NCBI GenBank assembly: GCA_963843845.1
Contig: CAWJMB010000007.1
Coordinates: 1-64,000 of the forward strand
Source of the DNA: an uncultured Gemmatimonadaceae bacterium
Lineage (GTDB): Bacteria > Gemmatimonadota > Gemmatimonadetes > Gemmatimonadales > Gemmatimonadaceae
Length of the DNA stretch: 64,000 nucleotides
Direction: 5' to 3'
Position numbers and translations under genes: made by a program. How positions within the stretch are numbered: position 1 is the stretch's first letter; the number at the start of each line of letters is the position of its first letter. Of this stretch, positions 21,057-31,888 are shown one piece after another. The notes under the pieces were generated by a model. That model had not been told where the DNA came from. It ran no database searches and was given only the letters and a program-made list of their open reading frames with translations.

Positions 21057-22062
21057 CGGCGCCAGCATGTCCCCCGTGCCAGCGAAGGATCCGGTCGGCC
21101 GCATCGCCGAGTCGCGCGAGGTCGCGGGCGACGTGCAGTCGGTAGACGGGTACGCGGCGCGCCAGCTCGACGCCGCGGTCGAGTAGCACGGGGTGCTCCC
21201 GTCCGCCGAACAGCGGAGCGAGCTTGGCGTGCTGGAGGAGCGCGATCGCCGCCGGCACGGCGCCGAGCGGTTCGCGGCGCGCGGCGTCGGCGGCGTCGGC
21301 GACCGCAGGCGTCAGCAGGTACACGGCGCGCAGCGGGACCGGCGTCGTCTGCCGCCGCGCGTGCTCGAGCGACGTCAGCACCTGCTTCCCGTCCGCGCCG
21401 CGCACGGCGCCGAGTTCCGCGGTGTCCGACTCGAGCGCATGCGCGGCGGAGTCGTCGAAGAGGCGCAGGTGCGGCAACCCCGGCATGAGGAAGACGCCGC
21501 GCGCCGGCTCGTCGTCTGGGACGACGGCGAGCATGTCGTCGCTGACGAGCCGCGCGCCAGCGTTCACCAGCCCCGCGGCGAGCGTCGATTTCCCCGTCCG
21601 CTTCTCGGCGAGGAACACGACCGCGCCGCTCGCCGACTCGTCAGCGCCGTCGGGGGAGGCGCTGTCGATGGCGACGCTGTCGATGGCGACGCCGCTGCCG
21701 TGCAGCGTGAGCGTCCCCGCAGCGTGGAGTGCGACGGCGAGCACACGGTTCGCGACGTCGCTGCGCGCGGCGTCGGGATCGGCGCCCGGACGCACATACC
21801 AATCGATTCCACTCCCGTCGGCCGACACGTCGAAGACGCCGGTACACGAGTGCACGTAGCGAAACCCGCTCGCCGTGCGCTCCAGCGTCATCGAGCAACT
21901 CGTCACCCCGTCGACGCACAGCCGATCGACGAGATCGGGATCGTGCGACGGGGCCGGTAGATCGCGGAGCGCCCACGTCGGCGGGACGCCGCGTGCGTCG
22001 TCGAGGTGTGGCAGCGCGACCGTCGAGCGGAGGCAACTGCCGAAGAGAGAGTAGTCAGGCAC
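21037..22062 (-). CDS. HPr kinase-like lasso peptide kinase (PadeK-type)
   Basis: LHGSGV, AEKRTGKST Walker A, LVSDD motif; position directly after the lasso precursor. Confidence 0.82.
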   Translation of the reverse strand: MPDYSLFGSCLRSTVALPHLDDARGVPPTWALRDLPAPSHDPDLVDRLCVDGVTSCSMTLERTASGFRYVHSCTGVFDVSADGSGIDWYVRPGADPDAARSDVANRVLAVALHAAGTLTLHGSGVAIDSVAIDSASPDGADESASGAVVFLAEKRTGKSTLAAGLVNAGARLVSDDMLAVVPDDEPARGVFLMPGLPHLRLFDDSAAHALESDTAELGAVRGADGKQVLTSLEHARRQTTPVPLRAVYLLTPAVADAADAARREPLGAVPAAIALLQHAKLAPLFGGREHPVLLDRGVELARRVPVYRLHVARDLARLGDAADRILRWHGGHAGADVVASR

Positions 22063-22077
22063 TACGAGAGTGGAGGG

Positions 22078-22103
22078 GCCGAGGACCCGCAAAGGTCCTC
22101 GGC
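22078..22103 (-). promoter_or_regulatory. 10-bp GC-rich hairpin immediately downstream of the lasso precursor (mRNA stabiliser or attenuator)
   Basis: GCCGAGGACC-CGCAAA-GGTCCTCGGC perfect stem, no U-tract. Confidence 0.65.
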
Positions 22104-22118
22104 GGTACTACAGGCCGA

Positions 22119-22286
22119 TCAGGACACGAGGCAGTTGATCGTGCCCTTCGTCGGCGGCCCGATGCAACCGTCGGGCGTGGCGGAGTTGTTGTCCAGGACG
22201 GTGAAGATGTCCGTCTGGTACGTTCCGCCACCGAGCGTGAGCTCGCGGAACGTTCCGAACCGTTCCAGGGTGGGCTTCTCGTACAT
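22119..22286 (-). CDS. Lasso peptide precursor (55 aa)
   Basis: MYEKPTLERFGTFRELTL-GGGTYQTDIFTVLDNNSATPDGCIGPPTKGTINCLVS: YxxPxL RRE motif, Thr at -2, Gly1, Asp8; AGGAG RBS; lies between cyclase and kinase. Confidence 0.93.
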   Translation of the reverse strand: MYEKPTLERFGTFRELTLGGGTYQTDIFTVLDNNSATPDGCIGPPTKGTINCLVS

Positions 22287-22296
22287 GAAGCGTCTC

Positions 22297-24327
22297 CTAT
22301 GAGGAGAATACCGGGTGGCTGCCCGGCGCAGTGACAGTCGGAGTGACCGTCCCAACAGGTGTCTCTTCGAGCGATGCTCCGCACGTCGCGCGCAGCCAGA
22401 GCTCCGCATGCAGCGTGTTGAGGAGTGTGGCGTTGACCGCGCCGCTCGCGTTCGGGCCGCCGGCGATGCGGACGGCCTCACGTAGCTTCGCAGGCGCGAC
22501 GATCCCGAACTCGGCGAGCAGGGGCGCGCGTGCGATCTGCTCGAGGACGGGGAAGAGCTTCGGAAATCCTGTCCTGAAGTGCCCCGACATCGTCCCCGTC
22601 TTGAACGGGCGCGGGTCGAGCACTTCGTCGGGGAGCAGACCGCGCAGCGCGTGGCGCAGCAGCCGCTTGTCGTCGCCGAGCAGCCGGCGCTCCTGCGCTG
22701 GGCGCGTGGCGGCGAACTCGATCACCCGGCGGTCCATGAGCGGGTAGCGAGTGTCGATGCCGGCGGCCGTCGCGAGCGCCTGCGACTCGGCGCAGGCGCG
22801 CCCCATGTGTGGGCGCGACGTCAGCCACGCCAGCTCGTGCGTCGAGCGATTGCCCGACGCGTAGGGCACCGACCCGGCGGCGACGCGGGCGTACAGATCG
22901 TGACGCTGGGCGAAGCCCGGTTCGATCCAGGACGCGAGCGACTGCTGGAACGTGCGACGCAACGGTCGTCCGCGCAGGCGGCGCGCGACCTCGAGCACCG
23001 ACGGCGGGAGGAGCGGCACGACCGACCATCGGACGAGTTCGCGCACGTCGCCGCGCATGCTGGCGCGCCACTCGCGCGCGAGCGCCCCGAACCGACCGGC
23101 CCGCAGCAGATCGGCGGTGTAGGCAGGAGAGCACGAGAACAGCAGATCGCCGCCATGCCCGACCATCGCGACCGACGCGCCGACGGCGCGCGACCCGTCG
23201 GCGAGTGCGGGGATCGTCGAGCGGAAGATGTTCGTCCACGGTTCGTCGCGCTGCGCCGTCATCTGATCGGGCGTGATGAGCGACAGCGTCCGGATGTCGA
23301 TCCACTGTGGCGTCGCCTGCCACCGCGCCGCCGTCGCCTCGATGAATCCAGTCTCGCACCCCGAGTCGTCGCTCGGGAGGCGGATCGAGACCGGGTGCAG
23401 CTCGCGCCCATCGGGCACGGCCTGGAGCGCCTGCTGGCCGACGCCGAAGATCGCCGTGGAGTCGCGGCCGCCGCTCATCCAGACCGACGACGCGCCGTCG
23501 GCCGCGAGCCGCTCGTGCACGGCGCGCGTCAACAGCTCGCGCAGCTCGGCTGCGCCGTCGTCGAACGAGCTGGGACGCCGCGCCGGTGTCGCGGACGGCG
23601 ACCAGTGCGTGTGTGTGCGCGCCGACCTCCCGGCCTCGCGCACGAGCGTCTGCCCGCCGTTCAGGCGCTGGATGCCCGTGTAGCAAGTGTCGGTGTCGAT
23701 CGACAGCACGAGCGCCCCGGCGTCGAGCGCCACCTCGGCGAGGTTCAGCTCCCAGGCGCGGCCGGGGTGCTCGCGGATCGCGTTGATCGTGTTCGCGACC
23801 ACGAGGGTGCCGTCGGGGAGCTCGGCCCAGTGCAGCGGACGGCTTCCGACGAAATCGCGCGCGGCGACGACACGCCGGTGGCGGCGGTCGTAGAGCACGA
23901 ACGCGAAGTCGCCTTCGAGCTGGGCGGCGCACTGCACCCCCCACGCGCGGTAGGCGGCGAGAATGAGGTGCGCCGGTGTCTGACCGCTGGGTCGCACGCC
24001 GCAGGCGGTGAGGGCGCGGCGAAGGTCGTCGCGGTAGTACAGCGAGGCGTCGGCGGCGATCGCCAGCTCGCCGTCCTGCACGACGAGCACCGGGCCGTTG
24101 AAGCCGGGCGCCATCTCCCAGCCGAAGCGGCCGACGGCGAGCGCGGCGCCGCCGTCGCGCCACGTCCCGACGTGCTCGGTGCCACGGTCCGCCATCCGGG
24201 CGACCATGCGGCGGACGAGCGCCTCCGCCGGCCCCTGCTCCCCGTGGAGCGCGTCTGGCGCCGCGCCGTGCTCGCTCGACGCGTCGTCGCGCGCCGCCGA
24301 GGCGAACAGGCCTAGGATTCCTGACAT
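22297..24327 (-). CDS. Lasso peptide cyclase (asparagine synthetase-like, C protein)
   Basis: MSGILG start (no N-terminal catalytic Cys), LEGDFAF, ARDFVGSRPL, MSGGRDST, GHGGD, RYPLMDRR; flanked by B2 and precursor. Confidence 0.92.
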   Translation of the reverse strand: MSGILGLFASAARDDASSEHGAAPDALHGEQGPAEALVRRMVARMADRGTEHVGTWRDGGAALAVGRFGWEMAPGFNGPVLVVQDGELAIAADASLYYRDDLRRALTACGVRPSGQTPAHLILAAYRAWGVQCAAQLEGDFAFVLYDRRHRRVVAARDFVGSRPLHWAELPDGTLVVANTINAIREHPGRAWELNLAEVALDAGALVLSIDTDTCYTGIQRLNGGQTLVREAGRSARTHTHWSPSATPARRPSSFDDGAAELRELLTRAVHERLAADGASSVWMSGGRDSTAIFGVGQQALQAVPDGRELHPVSIRLPSDDSGCETGFIEATAARWQATPQWIDIRTLSLITPDQMTAQRDEPWTNIFRSTIPALADGSRAVGASVAMVGHGGDLLFSCSPAYTADLLRAGRFGALAREWRASMRGDVRELVRWSVVPLLPPSVLEVARRLRGRPLRRTFQQSLASWIEPGFAQRHDLYARVAAGSVPYASGNRSTHELAWLTSRPHMGRACAESQALATAAGIDTRYPLMDRRVIEFAATRPAQERRLLGDDKRLLRHALRGLLPDEVLDPRPFKTGTMSGHFRTGFPKLFPVLEQIARAPLLAEFGIVAPAKLREAVRIAGGPNASGAVNATLLNTLHAELWLRATCGASLEETPVGTVTPTVTAPGSHPVFSS

Positions 24328-24334
24328 CGTCGTG

Positions 24335-24850
24335 TCACTCGCCCGAATGCGACAGCGCGAACGTGCGGTCGCTCGCCCCGCGCATGTCGACGAGCGGCGT
24401 GAACGTCGAGACGGTCGCCACTTCGTCACCGATGACGCGTCCGCGGTACTCGACCCAGGCGTGCGCGCGGAGCCGCCCTTCCTCGCGCAGCACGCCGACG
24501 CGGATGCGCGCGCCGCACAGTCCGTACTGCTCGCACAGGCGCACGAGGGCGAGCGACTGCGCGAGGCACTTCGGACGGAGCACGCCGTATTTCGCCGCGC
24601 GCCGCACGGCCCGGCCGAGCCGGAAGGCCGCGGCGAGGTCGGCGCGCGCCGACGAGTCGAGCTGCACGTGCGGCACCGCCGGGGTAGCCTCCGCGCCGCT
24701 CGGCGCGACGAGCTGGCCGACCGGACGCGTCCACACGTGCAGTTGCGCGACGACGAGCGCGCGCTGCGCGAGCAGCAGCTCGTGCCACTCGGTCCGCGGC
24801 ACGGCAGCGACGCGCTGCCCGAGGCGGCGAATGAGGGCGAGGAACGGCAT
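24335..24850 (-). CDS. Lasso peptide leader peptidase B2 (transglutaminase-like)
   Basis: KCLAQSLA, RIRVGV, AHAWVE motifs. Confidence 0.92.
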   Translation of the reverse strand: MPFLALIRRLGQRVAAVPRTEWHELLLAQRALVVAQLHVWTRPVGQLVAPSGAEATPAVPHVQLDSSARADLAAAFRLGRAVRRAAKYGVLRPKCLAQSLALVRLCEQYGLCGARIRVGVLREEGRLRAHAWVEYRGRVIGDEVATVSTFTPLVDMRGASDRTFALSHSGE

Positions 24851-24891
24851 GAACGTCGTCGACGACGTGGTCCGCGGATGGTGGCTCGCGG

Positions 24892-25200
24892 TCAGCTCGC
24901 GACCGCGAGCCCGTTCTCGACGAACGCGGCGAGCAGTTCGGTCACGTCCTGCCGCACGGCGTCGGCGCCGGCGTCCGGAAAGCGCGCGCAGACGGCCTCG
25001 CACAGCGCGTCGATCGTCGGGCAGGCCGGAGCGAGGTGCTCCCACACGAACGCGCCGGTCTCGTTCAGGCCGAAGTAGACCTCGTCGGTCGTCGAGAAGA
25101 GCACGCCGCCGTCTGGAAGGGCTCGGTACACGACGGCGGAGTGTGGGGTCGGAAGGGCAGTCGAAGTGAGCAGCACGTGCGGAGGGGAAGAGGAGGGCAT
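24892..25200 (-). CDS. PqqD-family RiPP recognition element (lasso B1)
   Basis: YFGLNETGAFVWE...LCEAVCARF...DVTELLAAFVENGL, 102 aa. Confidence 0.92.
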   Translation of the reverse strand: MPSSSPPHVLLTSTALPTPHSAVVYRALPDGGVLFSTTDEVYFGLNETGAFVWEHLAPACPTIDALCEAVCARFPDAGADAVRQDVTELLAAFVENGLAVAS

Positions 25201-25209
25201 CGCGAACGC

Positions 25210-27259
25210 TCAGCCGATCGCCGGACTGGCCATCGCCTGACTGGTCTCGACGTGTCGTGCGTCGGATACGTCACCGAACAGCGGCTGGCCGTGCGCGGGC
25301 TCGTAGTCCGGCGCTCCGACCAGCAGCTCGCGCTCGAGGCCGCGGTGCACGGCCGCGTCCGCACTCGGCGTGGCCTGCACGGGCTCGCCGTCGCCATCGA
25401 GCGTGACGAACTCGGGGACCGCCGAGCGCAGCGCCGCCAGCACGCGCACCCGGTCGCCGTGCGCCAACTCGCTGAGCAGTCGGTTGATGGACGACTCGAG
25501 CACGAGCTCGGAGACCGGCTCCGTCCGCACGAGCCGGATCTTCTCGACCGACGTCGGCATCGTGTTCTCGCTCGCGCCGACCAGCTCCTCGGCGAGCTTC
25601 TCGCCCGGGCGGAGGCCGGTGAACACGATCGACACGTCGCGGTGCGGCTCGCGCCCCGACAGGCGAATGAGCTGCTCCGCGAGCTCCACGATCCGCACCG
25701 GCTCTCCCATCTCGAGCATCGCGATGCGGCGCGCCGCGTCCGGCAGCGCGGCGGCCTGCAGCACGAGCTGCACGGCCTCCGGGATGCTCATGAAGTAGCG
25801 CGTCACGTCGGGGTGGGTGACGGTGAGCGGCCCGCCGGCGACGAGCTGCTTCCGGAACAGCGGAATCACGCTCCCATCGGAGCCGAGCACGTTGCCGAAG
25901 CGCACGGCGCGGAAGTCGGTGCGCGACGCCTGGAACGCCGGCCAGTGCAGGACGAGCAGCTCGGCGAGGCGTTTGGTGGCGCCCATGACGCTCGACGGGT
26001 TCACCGCCTTGTCGGTCGAGATGAGCACCATCTTGTGCGCGCCGTGGCGAGCGGCGCAGTCGGCGACGAGGTACGTGCCGAGCACGTTGTTGCGAACGGC
26101 CTGCGCGACGTGCGTCTCGCAGATCGGCACGTGCTTGTACGCCGCGGCGTGGAATACGTAGTCCGGCCGGTACTCGGCGAAGACCTCGTTCAGGCGGGCA
26201 GCGTCGGTGACGTCGCCGATGAGCGGGACGACCTCGACGCCGGGGTACGCGCTCGCCGAGCTCGAGATGCAACGAAGTAGAGCGGGCTCTCGGCGCGCTC
26301 GAGGATCAGGAGGCGCGCGCGGGCCGAAGCCGGCGACCTGGCGGGCGAGCTCGGAGCCGATCGAACCGGCGCCGCCGGTGACGAGCACGACGCGCCGCGC
26401 CAGGTCCCGCTCGACCAGCGTCGAGGTCGAAGTGCACTGGCGAGCGGCCGAGGAGGTCTTCGATCACGCACTTCGCGGAGCGGGATCGCGTCCCGTCGGC
26501 GCCGACATCATGTCGTGCGCCGACGGCACGATCTTGTAGTCGAGCCCCGTAGCGGCGCAGGCGGCGACGATGCGCCGCATCGCCTCGCCGCTCGCCGACG
26601 GGATCGCGATGACGAGCAGCTCCGCCCGCTTCGCGACGGCGAGCGCCGCGAGGCGGTCGAGCGTGTCGAGCACGCGCACGCCGTGCAGCGACATCCCGCG
26701 CAGGCGTGGCGCGTCGTCGACGAGGCCGACGACGTCGATGCCGATAGACCGGGTCGTGCAGCGTCTGCCGGAGGAACCGCTCCGCGGCGTGGCCGGCGCC
26801 GATGACGAGCGCGCGGCGCCGATGCCCGCCGCGCGCCCGGTTGTATCGCTCGTGCATCCACCGTACGGCGACGCGCATCGAAATCGCCGTCGCGGCGAAC
26901 GCGAAGAAGTCGATCGCGAGCACCGAGCGTGGCATGCCGACCAGCTTCCCCAGGCTCGCGAGCAGCACGACGAACGCGACCGAGCTCGTGGCCGTCGTGG
27001 CGAGCAGGCGCACGAGGTCGCTCACGCTGACGTGCCGCCACGACCCGCGGTGGACGCCGAACCCGATGACCGCCAGCACGCGCAGGCAGACGAGCAGCGG
27101 TAGCGCCGCGAGAAAGCGCTCCGCTTCCGACGCGGGCAGATCAAAGTCGAACCGGAGCTCGAAGGCGACGCTGAACGCGATTGCGGCGACCGCGGCGTGC
27201 AGCGCAATCGAGATCTGGAATCGGCGTCGGGCGAGTGTCGTGAGAAACGACGTCGACAT
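25210..27259 (-). CDS. CapD/PglF-like membrane-bound nucleotide-sugar dehydratase (frameshifted)
   Basis: N-terminal TMs, IGAG, IEDLLGR, VTGGAGSIGSE, HAAAYKHVP, ISTDKAVNP..VMGATK, RFGNVLGSDGSV, GLRPGEKL. Confidence 0.92.
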
Positions 27260-27324
27260 GGAGGGGGGTCGTGCGAAGACGGAGGCGGGGCGAAGCCACA
27301 CGCGCGGCTTCCACAAACAGGCAG

Positions 27325-27474
27325 TGCATTGGCCGTGCGCACCGACCGACGCTCGAGGAATCAGCGTAAGGTCATGTCATTCAATGGCTTGTGCTGCAAC
27401 CGCGGACGAGAGGCCCGGCCGGGGCGTAGGCAAGGTGTCAGCGGCTGCTGACAGACGTGTCCGCACGCGCGACA
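27325..27474 (-). promoter_or_regulatory. Putative sigma54-type promoter of the capD-lasso operon
   Basis: Minus-strand GCGCACG-GCCA-ATGCA 27340-27325; ATTCAATGGCTTG 27379-27391; perfect palindrome TGTCAGC-GGCT-GCTGACA 27436-27453 plus TGT-N11-ACA 27458-27474. Confidence 0.68.
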
Positions 27475-27789
27475 CCTGCGTTCGCAGGACATTCGCAGGC
27501 CCAGGCTGTTCCAGCCGCCCCTGCCAGTGTGTGGCCGCCGAGCCGTCCGGGCAAGCGGCGGCAGTGAAATGCAGCGAACCTGTTCGCGCGTCGCTTGCAC
27601 CTGGAAGGGGCACGAGCGCACGTGCGAATCGCTAAAACACTCGTCCACAATACGTTAGCGGCGGCGGCGTAAACAGCACGGGACGTGCGTGTGGTGGGCA
27701 CGCCACAGGCAGACCGCCGCGCCACTCGCGGGGCTCATGATCGAACGCGCTCACGTAGCTCCTTTCGTACCTCAAAGACGTTTGATCGC

Positions 27790-28746
27790 ATGCGGAGTCT
27801 CGATGGGCCGTGGCACCCATTCTCGGTGCTCGTCGTAGCGGACACGCCCACCACGAGCCGAGAGCTCGAGGACGTGCTGGATGGCAGTGGCTATGCAGTG
27901 ATCCGCGCGGGGCGGGGGACGTCGTCGACGTGGCGTGCACGTCGGCACCGGACGCGGTCATCCTCGACGTCGGTCTGTCGCGGCACGACGGGCTGGGCGC
28001 CTGCCAGCGGCTGTGCGGCGACCCGCGCTTCCCGGCGACGACGCCGGTCATCCTCGCAGCGCAGGCGCTGTCGCCGGAGGAGATTCGGACGGCGTACCTC
28101 GCGGGCGTGTGGCACGTCTACGAAGGGCCGATCGACCGGATGCTGCTCCTGCTCACGCTGCAGACGTACATGCGGGCCCGCGTCGCCGGCCAGCGGACGC
28201 GCGGCGCGGGGCTGATCGACGAGGAGACGGGGCTCTACACGAACGAGGGGCTCGATGCTCCGCGCGCGCGAGACCGGGGCGCTCCTCGACCGCCAGCGCA
28301 GCGCGGTGACGTGCCTCGCGTTCACGGTGCGGCCGGCGCACTTCCCGGCATGCGCCGACACGGTCGCCGAGCTGTTCCGACGCTCGGCGGCTACCGTACG
28401 GCGTCTGACGCGGGCCGGCGACATCGTCGCTCGCGTGGGGCAGACAGAGTTCGTCGTCCTCGCGCCCGGGGCGGACGCGTCGGCCGCGGCGCAGATCGTC
28501 GAGCGGCTCGACGCGCACCTGGCGACCGGTACGAACGTCGCGTTCCGCTGCGTGATGCGAGTCGTCGACGTCGCCGATGCGCTCTCGACCGACGTCGGGA
28601 TGCTGATCGACAGCGCGGTGTCGTCGTTGCGCGGGGCCGTCGCACCCGACGACCACACGTTCTCGGTCGTTCCCGGGGCGCGGCGACTGCCGCAACTCGT
28701 CGACGCTGGCCGCGCGCCGAGCAGCGAGCCGAGCCTGAGCCTCTAG
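27790..28746 (+). CDS. Response regulator receiver plus degenerate GGDEF-like domain (frameshifted)
   Basis: SVLVVAD, PDAVILD, TPVIL receiver segments; IDEETGLYT linker; ARVGQTEFVV in place of GGDEF. Confidence 0.7.
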
Positions 28747-28749
28747 CCG

Positions 28750-30915
<2,166 letters not shown>

Positions 30916-30956
30916 CAGAGCGGACGGCGGTGAGACGGCGGGGAACGCTGTTCCAC

Positions 30957-31077
30957 GGCGGTGGAACGGCGGTGGAACGGCGGTGGAACGGCGGTGGAAC
31001 GGCGGTGGAACGGCGGTGGAACGGCGGTGGAACGGCGGTGGAACGGCGGTGGAACGGCGGTGGAACGGCGGTGGAAC
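30957..31077. repeat. 11 perfect tandem copies of the 11-mer GGCGGTGGAAC
   Basis: Direct reading; 121 bp without spacers. Confidence 0.95.
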
Positions 31078-31080
31078 GCG

Positions 31081-31217
31081 GGAACGGCGGTGATGCGGAT
31101 GACTCACAGCGGACGAGAGCGTGCGTTTGCTGAACACTGCCGACCGCAGGTACCGCCGTACCTCGTCCGCCGTGCGTCGAACCGAATCACCGCCGTTCCA
31201 CCGCCGTTCCACCGCCG
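31081..31217. repeat. REP/MITE-like inverted repeat pair, locus 1
   Basis: Arms 31081-31117 and 31162-31199 related to CCTCGTCCGCCGTGAGTCGAACCGTATCACCGCCGTTC; right arm followed by further inverted 11-mers. Confidence 0.8.
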
Positions 31218-31449
31218 TATCATGGCGGTGCGACGGCAGTAAAACCGGCGTGACACAGTCGGACGACGGCCGGTGCTGCGAAGCCGAGCGAGCTGACGAC
31301 GACCGGCGGAGCGGCGAAGGATGGACGCCCCGCGCGGACGGCGGGCAACGCGCACGCCCTCGCGCGCCGATATGCTTATACACCGCCGGGGCCCGTTCCC
31401 CTCGGCACGGTGTCCAGCGTTCGGTGTGACTCGGTGTGATCTGGTCGTG

Positions 31450-31860
31450 ATGCGCGTGACGAGGCGAATCAGGGTGGCAGGCGTCGCGGGGCTCGCCGGG
31501 CTCATCGCCCTCGGCGCGCTCGCCGCGTGCCGAGGGCAGGAGCGGGCCCTCGGCGCGGCGCCGGCAGCATCGCCGCCGTTGGGCGACGTGCCGCAGATGC
31601 TGAACGCGCAGCCGCCGTTCCGCTATCCGGCGGAGCTCTACGACCGGCGCGTGCAGGGCGACGTCATGCTGCGACTGCACGTCGACGCGCGCGGCCAGGT
31701 GCGTCCCGAGTCGACGACGATCGTCACCTCCTCCGGCTACCCCGCATTCGACTCGGCGGCCGTCGCCGGGACGCGGGAGCTGACGTTCACGCCGGCCGTG
31801 CGCAAGGGGCGGGCGATCGGGCGCAGCATTCGCTTTCCCGTCTGGTTTCGCAGCCCATGA
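31450..31860 (+). CDS. TonB C-terminal domain protein (probable lipoprotein)
   Basis: LAAC; YP....[27 protein letters not shown]. Confidence 0.85.
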   Translation: MRVTRRIRVAGVAGLAGLIALGALAACRGQERALGAAPAASPPLGDVPQMLNAQPPFRYPAELYDRRVQGDVMLRLHVDARGQVRPESTTIVTSSGYPAFDSAAVAGTRELTFTPAVRKGRAIGRSIRFPVWFRSP

Positions 31861-31888
31861 GCTTGCCCTCCTTCTCTTTCGACGCGCC

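Noticed and set aside
22297..24327. Asparagine synthetase asnB
   Set aside because: Lacks the N-terminal catalytic Cys and sits among RRE, B2 and precursor genes, so lasso cyclase fits better.
30957..31077. Possible CRISPR array
   Set aside because: Contiguous 11-bp units with no spacers and no cas genes.
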